Assembly (NCBI GenBank): GCA_965205025.1
Contig: CBDBFU010000020.1
Coordinates: forward strand, 192,001-256,000
Direction of reading: 5' to 3'
DNA from: Candidatus Poribacteria bacterium
Lineage (GTDB): Bacteria; Poribacteria; WGA-4E; WGA-3G
DNA length: 64,000 nt
The notes under the pieces are model-generated. The model worked only from the letters and a program-made list of their open reading frames with translations. It was not told the origin of the DNA and made no database searches. Below, piece by piece: positions 42,526-52,772 of the stretch. Within the stretch, counting starts at the first letter, position 1, and every line of letters begins with the position of its first letter. Made by a program: the position numbers and the translations under genes.

Positions 42526-44232
42526 GTGATAGAAACAATCTCTATCCGCAATATTGCTCTAATTAACGAGCTTGAATTAGAACTATCTCCAGGTTTAAAC
42601 ATCTTTACAGGTGAAACTGGAGCGGGAAAATCTGTCATCCTTAGATCAATAGGTCTGGTGTTGGGTGAACGAACATCTGTGGATATTGTAAGAGATAATA
42701 CAGAATTCGGTTCAGTTGAAATTACTGTAGTTCCTACATCATCAATACCTATTGACACAGATTCCGCCGATGATCTAATATTATCAAGGCAAATAAACGT
42801 TAATGGGAGAAGTCGGTGTCGCATAAATGGCGAATTGGTCAATCTGAAACAGTTAGAAGAATTTGGATCGTTGTTGGTAGATATACATGGTCAGCATGAA
42901 CATCAATCTCTATTTAAGACGGAAACTCATCTCAAATTATTAGATGAGTTTGGAGAGTTAGAAACTGAATACAATAAAATTAAGAATACTTACCATCAAC
43001 TCTTAGATCTACAACGTGAATTGGATTCGATATTACATACTTTAAGCTCTTCAGAACGAGAGAAAGAGTTACTTGAATTTGAAGTAAAAGAGCTTAAATC
43101 TGCAAATCTTCAGTTAGGAGAAGAGGAAGAACTAACATCAGAAATAAGTATATTAAATAATGCCGAACAACTCTATGAATCGGCTAACATGGTTTATGAG
43201 CAACTGGATGGTGACGGGCAAAGTGGTTTATCGGGAACAGGATCAGTTGACAATTTGTCTACTCTTCAAAACTTAAGAGATTCAGCAAAATCACTTGCAA
43301 AAATAGCAGAATTAGATTCCAACTTATCAGAATTAAGCGAGCGAATTGACTCAACATTATATGAACTTGAAGATATATCCTCTCAAATCCGACAATATGC
43401 TGAAACAATTGAATTTAACCCAAATCGACTTGCTGAAGTATCTGATAGACTTGAACTTATTTCTAAATTCAAAAGACGTTATGGTAATACAATATCTGAT
43501 ATGTTAGCATATCAATCCGATGCAGAAAAGAAATTGGATGATTTAGAACTTGGTTCAGATAAGATTGATATTCTTAATTCACAAATTAGAGATAAGAAGG
43601 AATTAGCTTTACAATTATGTATTACTCTATCTGAACAACGTAAAGCAGTTGCCGAAAACCTCTCAACTATGGTAGAAAAAGAACTACAAGAACTTGGTAT
43701 GGAAAAGGCTCAGTTTCTGACGGATGTCAATCCTATCGAAGATGAAAACGGTATATTACAAATTGATGGTAAACGGTATGGTTTACGAGAACATGGAATG
43801 GATAATGTTGAATTTCTAATCGCCCCAAATGTCGGGTCAGAATTACGTCCCTTAGCCAAAATAGCTTCAGGTGGAGAGATCTCCCGAGTAATGTTGGCTC
43901 TTAAAACAGTTCTAATACAAGTAGAAAACACTCCAACCGTTCTATTTGACGAGATAGATAGTGGCATTGGAGGAAAAATTGCTGATGTTGTGGGTGAAAA
44001 ACTAAAAGAACTATCAGAAACTACACAGGTCATTTGTATAACACACTTACCTCAGATTGCACGATTTGCGGATCAACATTTTCTCGTTGAAAAAGAAGTA
44101 GTATATGATAATACAGTAATTTCAGCAAAGGCATTAACAGAATCTGAGCGAGTTACTGAGATTTCTCGTATGCATGGAGGTAATGAGTCTGAAGTAGGTT
44201 TAGCCCATGCCCGTGAGCTATTAAATAGATAA
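42526..44232 (+). CDS. recN: DNA repair protein RecN
   Basis: TGETGAGKS, DIHGQHEHQ, KIASGGEISR, FDEIDSGIGG, ITHLPQ; GTG start behind AAGGA. Confidence 0.96.
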   Translation: MIETISIRNIALINELELELSPGLNIFTGETGAGKSVILRSIGLVLGERTSVDIVRDNTEFGSVEITVVPTSSIPIDTDSADDLILSRQINVNGRSRCRINGELVNLKQLEEFGSLLVDIHGQHEHQSLFKTETHLKLLDEFGELETEYNKIKNTYHQLLDLQRELDSILHTLSSSEREKELLEFEVKELKSANLQLGEEEELTSEISILNNAEQLYESANMVYEQLDGDGQSGLSGTGSVDNLSTLQNLRDSAKSLAKIAELDSNLSELSERIDSTLYELEDISSQIRQYAETIEFNPNRLAEVSDRLELISKFKRRYGNTISDMLAYQSDAEKKLDDLELGSDKIDILNSQIRDKKELALQLCITLSEQRKAVAENLSTMVEKELQELGMEKAQFLTDVNPIEDENGILQIDGKRYGLREHGMDNVEFLIAPNVGSELRPLAKIASGGEISRVMLALKTVLIQVENTPTVLFDEIDSGIGGKIADVVGEKLKELSETTQVICITHLPQIARFADQHFLVEKEVVYDNTVISAKALTESERVTEISRMHGGNESEVGLAHARELLNR

Positions 44233-44310
44233 AAAGATATAAATAATAAAGATACAATAATGAATAATATGAAAATGAGTAATTGTATATAAACAAAGGT
44301 ACCTAATTCA

Positions 44311-47300
44311 ATGGATGATAGGTTTACTCAACCAAACGGGACAAATGTCTATACCGGTTGTGAATTACTTGTGAAAGGTTCATTAGAAGCTGGTGTTAGT
44401 CTGCTAACAGGTTATCCAGGTTCACCACTTGCAGAAGTTTTTGATGTATTAGAACGGAATGCAGATCTTCTGAAATCTAATGGAATCGTTGCCCAAATTG
44501 GTAATAATGAGGCATTAAGTGTTGCTCGTTTGAACGGATCTCAGATGGCAAATATACGTGCAATAGCATTTATGAAAAGTGTTGGTATGCATGTTGCATC
44601 AGATAGTCTGGCTATTAGTAATTTGGCTGGAACTACTGGGGGTGCTGTTGTTGTTGTTGGTGATGATACTTGGTCATATAGCACACAGGTTCCTGTAGAT
44701 TCTCGTATATTAGCACGACATTTATTCATGCCATTGGTTGAACCCTCAACTTGGCAGGAATTGAAAGATTGGGTAAATTGTGCATTTGAGATTTCAGCAG
44801 ATTCCGACCTATATACATGCTATTTGACAACACAAAATCAAGCAGATGGTGGTGGAATAGTTGAACTAAATAACAATATAATTCCAGATATAAATCAGGT
44901 TGCACAGACTGAAATTAATACTGAGTTAATATCAAATGATGATCGCGTTGTGCTGCCACCAGATACTGTACGTATTGAGGTAGAAACATTACGTGAACGA
45001 CTACCTAATGCTCTTACAAAAGCAAGAAATTTAGGTCTAAATAGAATTCTCTATCCTAACACATCATCTAATCATACAACTTCCAATAATAAACATAAGA
45101 ATATAGGTTTTATTACATCCGGATTTAGTTATCTATATCTTGAGCATGCATTATCTGAATTAAAGCTTAGCGGGTCATTCCCTATTCTGAAACTTGGATT
45201 GACCTATCCACTTGATGAAGATATTATCTTTGAATTTGCTCAAGGAATGGATGATCTTTATGTAATTGAAGAGAAACGGCCTGTACTTGAAAATGAAATT
45301 AAGTCCTTTCTAACACAACAGTACCAAGAAAAAAGCATAGAAAAGTTTGTCAATGTTTGGGGTAAACAATTCCCTGAGGAATTACCTGGTATACCAGTAG
45401 AAGCCGGATTAGATACTTCAATACTAATTAACCGTCTTATACCTCTGCTATCAAAGTATAGAGAGAATATTCAATCAAGGTATGAGGTTAATATTGATTT
45501 AGACACTTTTGAAAAAGAAACTGATATACAAAAACAGGTATCTGAAATAAAACCAGATATACCAAATCGAACTCCCACCTTCTGTCCTGGGTGTCCACAT
45601 AGAGATTCTTCAAGTGTCCTACTCGATATTACAAAGGACTTTATTGATGAAGACTATATGATGAAACATCACAATTCTGTACCTATTGACCTTGTTTTTC
45701 ATGGAGATATTGGTTGCTATTCAATGTTAAAATATGAGCCTTTTCCTCGGTTAATGCATAATCTATCGGCAATGACTTTAGGAGGGGGTGCTGGAGCAGG
45801 AATAGATCCGTTTATTGTCAACAAACAAATTGTATTCATGGGGGATTCAACTTTCTTCCATGGTGGGATGTCCGCAATATCAGATTCAATTAAAAACCAT
45901 CAGGATATTACATATATTATCTTAGACAACCAAACGACAGCAATGACAGGACATCAACCAACTCCATCCATTGGAGTTGACATTCTTGGGAATCCTACTT
46001 TTGCACAAGACATAGAGAAAGTAGTACAAGGGTTAGCAGGAGATTCTGAAATCAGTATTGTTCGGGTAAATCCGGAAGAACGAATTAAGTATAAGTCTTA
46101 TCTTGAGAAAACTATACTAAGATCAGGAGTTAAGATTGTCATCGCCGACAAGGAATGTGCAATTACATATCATCGACGAAAACGGAGAGATGAACAAAAG
46201 ATAAAACAGAAAGAGGGGTATTTAAAAACTGAAAAACATATCAATATTACACCTGAAGTCTGTGAATTCTGTTTAGAATGTACTAAATCCACTGGATGTC
46301 CTGCTCTAAAAATTATTGATACTGATTATGGAAACAAGATTGCGATTGATCGTTCAAACTGTGTAACAGATGGTGCATGTGCTCGTATTAAGTGGGCATG
46401 TCCTTCTTTTGAAGAAGTCGTAGTTACGCGTAAACGACCTCCCAGAGTGCAGAAGATCACTGATATAGAGATAAAGAAAAACAACAATAATACTGATAAC
46501 GGGTGGGATGATATAAGTATTACAGATTTACTCCCCCAAATTGGAATTACTGATGATTCTCCTTTACCTCCGCCTCCACCACTAAAGTTTGAAGGGGACT
46601 GGAGTATATATGCAGCTGGTGTAGGTGGAATGGGAATTGGAACTATATCAAAGATACTTGTAGTTGCAGGATATCTTCAAGGATATGTTGTGGATTTCTG
46701 CGATAGAAAAGGATTAGCAATACGAAATGGTGGTGTCTATACTCATGTCACATACACGAATACAGACAAGAAAATATCTCCAATTATTCCTTATGGGAAA
46801 GCAGATTTAATTTTGGGTTTAGATATCTTAGAGGCAGTTCGAGGTATTTCATCAGAATCTGTTTTCAGAGTAGCTTCTCAAGAGAGAACTTCTGCTGTCG
46901 TAAATACTGCAAAGACTGAGACAATGTCAACCCTAATCGGAAATGATGATTTTGATGTTCCTGATTTAGAAAACACTATTAAAAGCGGAACTAATAGATA
47001 TGTAGGAGTAAACCTATTTGACATCTCCGAATTATTATTTGGAACAAAACTATATGCCAATATAATGCTTATCGGTCTTGCTTTTCAAAAAGGATTAATG
47101 CCACTTGAATTAGAACCCTTAAAAATGGCTTTAAAGCAGATGGTTCGACGCACAGATCTACAACAGAATTTTAATGCATTTGAAATTGGTAGATATCTTG
47201 CTGTATATGAAAATATTGATAATTACCTTCCAAATTCATTACACCATGAAACTAAGCAATCTTATGAGAACACTCTCAGTAGAAAAAAGGATATTCTTAC

Positions 47301-47973
47301 AAAGAAATTGAATGGGAAAAAACTTGCTGAAGCATATCTCAGAATGGTTGACAATACTGTTGAAAATTTATCATTAGACGATGAGACTCATAGAATTATT
47401 GCCATTTATGTATATGACCTAATCCAATTCGAGGGCATTAAATATGGACAAATATACATTGATAAGATTAATGAAATATATCAAAAAGATAAAGATGGAT
47501 ATCAAGCTACTAAAGCAGCTATAAAATATCTACACAAGGTAATGTTGATTAAGGATGAAGTCTATGTATCACATCTTCTTACAAGTAAAGAAAAACTCGA
47601 AAGGGATAAGTTACGTTATAATATAGATGAAAAGAATGGAGATAAAATCCGTTATTTACACTTAAATCGTCCACATTTCAATATAATGGGTATTGACTTT
47701 GAGACTGATATTGATACACGAAATTGGATGCTCCATTTAATGAAACATCTGAAATTCCTTAGGAGAATTCTATCTAACTGGCATATTAAAGAGAAAGAAT
47801 TTCGTGATTGGTATATCCGCGAAGTAATTGATACTTTTTCACCAACAAATGATGAGTCATATACAAACCATCTGAAGGCAATAGAAAGTGTAGATTCTGT
47901 TAGGGGATATAGAGAAATACGATATCCAAAGATGGATGAAGTAAAGCAGACTGTTAAGAATTTACTTGGATAG
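44311..47973 (+). CDS. Fused indolepyruvate:ferredoxin oxidoreductase (alpha + ferredoxin + beta/gamma domains)
   Basis: GYPGSP, RTPTFCPGCPHR, GDIGCY, GDSTFFH...DNQTTAMTGHQ TPP motif, CEFCLEC..GC ferredoxin, AGVGGMG, KDEVYV. Confidence 0.9.
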   Translation: MDDRFTQPNGTNVYTGCELLVKGSLEAGVSLLTGYPGSPLAEVFDVLERNADLLKSNGIVAQIGNNEALSVARLNGSQMANIRAIAFMKSVGMHVASDSLAISNLAGTTGGAVVVVGDDTWSYSTQVPVDSRILARHLFMPLVEPSTWQELKDWVNCAFEISADSDLYTCYLTTQNQADGGGIVELNNNIIPDINQVAQTEINTELISNDDRVVLPPDTVRIEVETLRERLPNALTKARNLGLNRILYPNTSSNHTTSNNKHKNIGFITSGFSYLYLEHALSELKLSGSFPILKLGLTYPLDEDIIFEFAQGMDDLYVIEEKRPVLENEIKSFLTQQYQEKSIEKFVNVWGKQFPEELPGIPVEAGLDTSILINRLIPLLSKYRENIQSRYEVNIDLDTFEKETDIQKQVSEIKPDIPNRTPTFCPGCPHRDSSSVLLDITKDFIDEDYMMKHHNSVPIDLVFHGDIGCYSMLKYEPFPRLMHNLSAMTLGGGAGAGIDPFIVNKQIVFMGDSTFFHGGMSAISDSIKNHQDITYIILDNQTTAMTGHQPTPSIGVDILGNPTFAQDIEKVVQGLAGDSEISIVRVNPEERIKYKSYLEKTILRSGVKIVIADKECAITYHRRKRRDEQKIKQKEGYLKTEKHINITPEVCEFCLECTKSTGCPALKIIDTDYGNKIAIDRSNCVTDGACARIKWACPSFEEVVVTRKRPPRVQKITDIEIKKNNNNTDNGWDDISITDLLPQIGITDDSPLPPPPPLKFEGDWSIYAAGVGGMGIGTISKILVVAGYLQGYVVDFCDRKGLAIRNGGVYTHVTYTNTDKKISPIIPYGKADLILGLDILEAVRGISSESVFRVASQERTSAVVNTAKTETMSTLIGNDDFDVPDLENTIKSGTNRYVGVNLFDISELLFGTKLYANIMLIGLAFQKGLMPLELEPLKMALKQMVRRTDLQQNFNAFEIGRYLAVYENIDNYLPNSLHHETKQSYENTLSRKKDILTKKLNGKKLAEAYLRMVDNTVENLSLDDETHRIIAIYVYDLIQFEGIKYGQIYIDKINEIYQKDKDGYQATKAAIKYLHKVMLIKDEVYVSHLLTSKEKLERDKLRYNIDEKNGDKIRYLHLNRPHFNIMGIDFETDIDTRNWMLHLMKHLKFLRRILSNWHIKEKEFRDWYIREVIDTFSPTNDESYTNHLKAIESVDSVRGYREIRYPKMDEVKQTVKNLLG

Positions 47974-48029
47974 ATGAATTAGTATGAACCAACATGGTAT
48001 TAATACATCATTCATGATATAGGTGACAG

Positions 48030-48950
48030 ATGGATATACGACAATCTATCACAGGTCATACAAAAATTGTAGGGGTTATTGGCTCACCGATTAGTCACAG
48101 TCGATCACCTCAAATGCATAATGCAGCTCTATCAAAAGCTGGTCTCGACTTTGTATATGTACCTTTCCATGTGTCCACTGATGCCATTGATCAAGCAATT
48201 AATGGATTTAGATCAATAAATGTCATTGGAATAAATGTAACATTACCCCATAAACAATCTGTCATACCTTTTTTGACCTCGATATCACATGAGGCAGATC
48301 TTATTGGTGCAGTAAATACTCTATCTTTTTTAGAGGATGGAATACATGGTGAGAATACGGATGCACCTGGATTTTTACGGGCAATGAATGACAATAACAT
48401 CGCAATTCCTAAAGGAAAAGACATTGTTGTATTAGGGGCTGGAGGTTCCGCACGGGCAATAGTCGTAGCATTAGCACTGGCAGGTGTTAATTCAATAACC
48501 ATAGTTAACCGTACCATATCAAGGGCAGTATCCTTAGCTGAAGAACTCTCAGCTAAAATTAATAAAAAGAATGTTGATAAAAGTTTAGATGAAGAAGTAT
48601 ATAATACTAATGGTACATTCGATACTGTAATTACTGGTATTGGGTTTAATGATATGCATTTGCCAGATGCCATTATGACATGTGCAATGTTGGTTAACAC
48701 CACATCAGCAGGCATGGATGAGTCACAACCGCTCTTAATCAATCCAGATTGGTTACAATCTGAAACGATAGTATATGACATTGTGTATACACCACCGATA
48801 ACAAAACTATTAAAAGCAGCAAAAGAGAAGGGTTGCTCAACAATTGAGGGGATAGGGATGTTAGTCCATCAAGGAGCAATTGCCTTTGAACGATGGACCG
48901 GTGTTAAACCATGCGTGAATACTATGAAAAATGCACTGTTAATCAAGTAA
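48030..48950 (+). CDS. aroE: Shikimate dehydrogenase
   Basis: HSRSP.MHN, NVTLPHK, GAVNT, NTD, GAGGSA, YDIVY, MLVHQG. Confidence 0.96.
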   Translation: MDIRQSITGHTKIVGVIGSPISHSRSPQMHNAALSKAGLDFVYVPFHVSTDAIDQAINGFRSINVIGINVTLPHKQSVIPFLTSISHEADLIGAVNTLSFLEDGIHGENTDAPGFLRAMNDNNIAIPKGKDIVVLGAGGSARAIVVALALAGVNSITIVNRTISRAVSLAEELSAKINKKNVDKSLDEEVYNTNGTFDTVITGIGFNDMHLPDAIMTCAMLVNTTSAGMDESQPLLINPDWLQSETIVYDIVYTPPITKLLKAAKEKGCSTIEGIGMLVHQGAIAFERWTGVKPCVNTMKNALLIK

Positions 48951-48957
48951 TAAAGGA

Positions 48958-49275
48958 ATGAATATGCAAGACGAGCAAAAAACTGAAGAAGAGAGTCAAC
49001 CTGCTCAGGAGAATCAAGCCATACGATTTGTCATTCTGGGTATTCCTTATTCGATCAAACCAACTGAGGAATTATCTGCTGCAGATATCGATCTATTGGT
49101 TACCTATGTTAAGAATAGAGTAGAGAGTTATACGCAAAAAGGATATGACGATACTCGTATACCTATGCTGGTAGCATTTGATATTGCAAATGAAGTACGT
49201 GAACTCCATAAGTTCTACGAGTTACCTATAAATCGTGTAATTGATAAACTTAAGATTGTACTTGAACCTGAGTAA
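48958..49275 (+). CDS. zapA: Cell division protein ZapA-like
   Basis: ILGIPYSIK...LVTYVKNRV...MLVAFDIANE pattern, ~105 aa. Confidence 0.7.
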   Translation: MNMQDEQKTEEESQPAQENQAIRFVILGIPYSIKPTEELSAADIDLLVTYVKNRVESYTQKGYDDTRIPMLVAFDIANEVRELHKFYELPINRVIDKLKIVLEPE

Positions 49276-49587
49276 ACATAAAAATTGCAGACGACACATT
49301 CTTAAATTTATGTATGTGTAATATTTAACTTGATACATAATCACAATTAGACTTCACTATATATCATAGATTTCATTCTATATATGTATTAACTTTAATA
49401 TACCCCATCTAATATAGTCAGATTGCTATAGTTTTAAAAATAGATACAACCGATAGTCACAGTTTATCAACAAAGTTACCAACTTTTTATTGAAATAATC
49501 ACGAAATTGTGTTACACTATTATATAACCAATCTTGTATGGAGTAATTAATTTGGACACTTTCGTATCACTTTTTTGGAGGAATTCC

Positions 49588-50457
49588 ATGAATACCAAAG
49601 GAACAATCATTGTTTCAACTCTATTGTTAGTAGGCATTGTATTGCTTGGCTGCGGAAAGTTAAGTGAACAAGAGTTTGAAATGTGGAAAAACGAACACGT
49701 AGCACAGATAGATCAAACCAATGACGAAATAAAAATGCAAGTTACCAAACTTGAATCAAAGGTTGATCAGAATGAGAAAAACACTTCTGAAGCCATTTCA
49801 AGGGCTAAGGATGAGGCAATAGCCGTTTCACAACAAGGGGATGCTGATACAATTGCTGCAGCTGATCAGAAGGCTAAGGAAGAGGACGCAAAACTACGGG
49901 CAAACCTATTAAAAGATATTGAAATGGAGTCAAAGAAATCTATGGATTTTGCAAAAGCAGAAGATGCCAAAGTCCAAAAAATGGTTACCGCAAATACCAG
50001 TAGTATTAAAGCACATGGTGATGATATTGCCAAACTAAAAGCTCAAATAACTTCTATTTTGGCAGATTTAGGTGAGGTACAAGCTGAAGTCGCATCACAA
50101 CCTTCACGATTAGTTACTGTTAATTTTGGTAGTGGCCAGACTGGATTATCTAACAAAGCTAAACAAATGCTTGACGGAATCCTTAGTCAAATATTAGAAA
50201 ATCCTGACGCACAGGTTATTATTATTGGTCATGCTGATGGAACACCTGTCCTGAGAGGCGGGCATCGTAGCAATTGGGATTTGTCTCAATCAAGAGCAAA
50301 TTCAGCTGCCAAGTATTTGAAAGGAAAAGGAATAGAGTCTGATAGGATTAAAGCAGTAGGTAAAGCACACACCGATCCTGTTGCCTCACAGAACACCACA
50401 GCAGGTAGGGCTATGAACCGTCGTGTTGAAGTCATCCTTAATCCCTCAGGCTCATAG
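49588..50457 (+). CDS. Lipoprotein with a long coiled coil and C-terminal OmpA/MotB peptidoglycan-binding domain
   Basis: GGAGG RBS, LLGC lipobox, ~150 helical residues, GHAD...NWDLSQSRA...MNRRVE. Confidence 0.9.
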   Translation: MNTKGTIIVSTLLLVGIVLLGCGKLSEQEFEMWKNEHVAQIDQTNDEIKMQVTKLESKVDQNEKNTSEAISRAKDEAIAVSQQGDADTIAAADQKAKEEDAKLRANLLKDIEMESKKSMDFAKAEDAKVQKMVTANTSSIKAHGDDIAKLKAQITSILADLGEVQAEVASQPSRLVTVNFGSGQTGLSNKAKQMLDGILSQILENPDAQVIIIGHADGTPVLRGGHRSNWDLSQSRANSAAKYLKGKGIESDRIKAVGKAHTDPVASQNTTAGRAMNRRVEVILNPSGS

Positions 50458-50502
50458 ATTTAACTCTAATGTCTTGATATGGTTTAGATATTTTGGTGTC
50501 GT

Positions 50503-50530
50503 AAGGATGTTCTATTTATAGAACATCCTT
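50503..50530 (+). terminator. Stem-loop after the OmpA-domain gene
   Basis: AAGGATGTTCTA / TAGAACATCCTT perfect 12-bp stem. Confidence 0.65.
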
Positions 50531-50553
50531 CACGTTTTTAAATCCTTAATCCT

Positions 50554-51306
50554 ATGCCTTTTCTCAGTTTAAAATACTTTTTATTAAAAACTCTTATGCG
50601 TTTTCTTTATGCCGTATTGATAGTCATTTTCTTATACTCATCAAATTCGTCAGCGGAGAATACCAACATCCTCCGTCCTACCCCTAATTATTCGGAAATC
50701 ATCAGTAGTAAGATTGTTAATTCATCAATTCAATTCTCAATCTATTCATATAAACCTTCACTTGGTGATTTAAAAGAGCTATTGTTAAGTGTTGGAATTC
50801 CTAAGACACCATCTGAATTAATGCCTTCATTATCAATAGTATTACACCATCTACCGCAAATAGATTCACGAATCGAAATTGGTTATTGGAGCACAGAGTT
50901 AAGCACACTCCCTCCTAATCCATTGATACTGAATGCTTCATTAACTCCAATTTCTTATCAGCTGATTTATAGACCTGAACTTCTATATAATTACCTACCT
51001 ATCTACTTAGGTTGTGGAATTGGTTATCTAAGAGCAAATTTCAGTGGAAACTTGACGGAAATACTCGAAGCACAAGGTATTACCTTAGGAAGTGATGCTT
51101 CAAACACAATTGGTTATGTATTCATTGGTGCTGAACTGCTAAATTGGGAAGTTAATCAAGGTTCTAAGGATAGATTCGGTATGAATGCCTCTATTAATCT
51201 TGAAATTAAGCGTATCTTAAAAACTATTGAAACTACTACAACCCCGCCGCTTGACATTGTCTTAGATGGAACTGCCATTGGACTTGGCGTCAGAACGAAA
51301 TTCTAA
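50554..51306 (+). CDS. Putative small outer-membrane beta-barrel protein
   Basis: Signal peptide, IYLGCGIGY strand, C-terminal GLGVRTKF with terminal Phe. Confidence 0.6.
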   Translation: MPFLSLKYFLLKTLMRFLYAVLIVIFLYSSNSSAENTNILRPTPNYSEIISSKIVNSSIQFSIYSYKPSLGDLKELLLSVGIPKTPSELMPSLSIVLHHLPQIDSRIEIGYWSTELSTLPPNPLILNASLTPISYQLIYRPELLYNYLPIYLGCGIGYLRANFSGNLTEILEAQGITLGSDASNTIGYVFIGAELLNWEVNQGSKDRFGMNASINLEIKRILKTIETTTTPPLDIVLDGTAIGLGVRTKF

Positions 51307-51314
51307 TTCTACTG

Positions 51315-52715
51315 ATGTCCTTTATACAAAAGAAATATATCGTAGCTATCATTTCCTGTATATTGTTAGGTTGTTTCCTCAGTATATATTCAGATACTCC
51401 AATTGCCATAATATGTTTACTATTGATAATTGGCATTTTTGTGTTTTTAGGAAAAGAACTGGCATTATGTATACTTTTAATCTGTTTGCCTTTTTCATTT
51501 CGATATATAATCCCTCAACTCCTTGAAATACAAACCCCTACAGAACCTCTCTTAGGGATGCTCTGTGTTGTTTATTTTCTCAAGAAGATTTTTAATTTTA
51601 GCCTTGGCAATAGAGATAAGAATACACAATTTCCATTCTTACTTCCAATTATTTTCTTTCTATCTATAACTTTTCTTTCCACCATCAATACCCCGGACAT
51701 ATTCGGTACATTAAAAGGGGCTATCCGTGCATCTATCTATATATTGTTCTCTCTGGTGGTGTATGATATTGTTAGGAATCGTGTTAATTTATACCGAATA
51801 TCAATTGCAGCCTTCCCAAGTGCATTAATCGCAGTTATATGGACAGTAATTGTTCTCTTATATAATATTGATGAATGGCAATGGACAAGTTCATATCGGA
51901 ATTCACCATTTACAAACTACTCAGTATACGGTTCATTTACAGCCATTTTCTTTTTGATATGTCTGAGTCGACTTATGTTTGATAGTGGACAGTATGATCG
52001 TATTTTATGGACTGGGTTGTCTATCTGTTTTGGTATGGGATTAATCATGTGCTTTTCGCGTGGTGTTTGGTTTTCTGTTATTGTAGCTATTGGATTTATG
52101 TTGCTTCAATTGGGACAGGGTGTAACCCATAGAAAGATATTTTTTATTGGTATTGTTTGTCTTGTCATATTAGTTACATTCAGTTTCCCCGGTGTCTATA
52201 ATTCTGTTTTAGAAAGAATTTCTACCACTGTTGATATTAACTATGCATCCAATAGAGCAAGACTTCTAAGATGGGGGCAAGCCATAAATATGTATCTTCA
52301 AAATCCTATATTAGGGAAGGGGTATGGGGCATTTGCTATGCTTTACAAGGAAGATGTTGCACTTGTTGGAACGTACACTGCACAGTACCAATTAGGGGCA
52401 CATAGTGAATATTTACAGGTAATGGCAGAATTAGGATCTATTGGATTAGTAGTTTGGATATGGCTCAATTTATCATTTCTACTTTATGGTTTCAAAGCAT
52501 TGAAACGAATTGATTCTGGGTTTTATCGATCAATTATCATTGGACTGATGGCATCAGAGATTTCATTGATGACTCACTTCATTGTTAATAATTTACTAAA
52601 CGGTGACGCTATAGGTGTACCGTTCTGGGGAATTTATGGTCTATTACCTGCTGTAGTGAATTTAGCAGAAAATAGATTAGAAAATACAACACAAGAAAAC
52701 CTGTTTAGGATATAA
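51315..52715 (+). CDS. O-antigen ligase / Wzy_C family membrane protein
   Basis: About 12 TM helices, FSRGVW, SNRARLLRW, PILGKGYGAF, AHSEYLQVMAELG. Confidence 0.88.
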   Translation: MSFIQKKYIVAIISCILLGCFLSIYSDTPIAIICLLLIIGIFVFLGKELALCILLICLPFSFRYIIPQLLEIQTPTEPLLGMLCVVYFLKKIFNFSLGNRDKNTQFPFLLPIIFFLSITFLSTINTPDIFGTLKGAIRASIYILFSLVVYDIVRNRVNLYRISIAAFPSALIAVIWTVIVLLYNIDEWQWTSSYRNSPFTNYSVYGSFTAIFFLICLSRLMFDSGQYDRILWTGLSICFGMGLIMCFSRGVWFSVIVAIGFMLLQLGQGVTHRKIFFIGIVCLVILVTFSFPGVYNSVLERISTTVDINYASNRARLLRWGQAINMYLQNPILGKGYGAFAMLYKEDVALVGTYTAQYQLGAHSEYLQVMAELGSIGLVVWIWLNLSFLLYGFKALKRIDSGFYRSIIIGLMASEISLMTHFIVNNLLNGDAIGVPFWGIYGLLPAVVNLAENRLENTTQENLFRI

Positions 52716-52772
52716 TTAAATGATCTGAATCTTATAAATTAGTCTTATTTACTGAATATAAACGAGGAATGT

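Noticed and set aside
49276-49587. Expected 6S RNA downstream of zapA
   Set aside because: The region is uniformly AT-rich with no long closing stem visible
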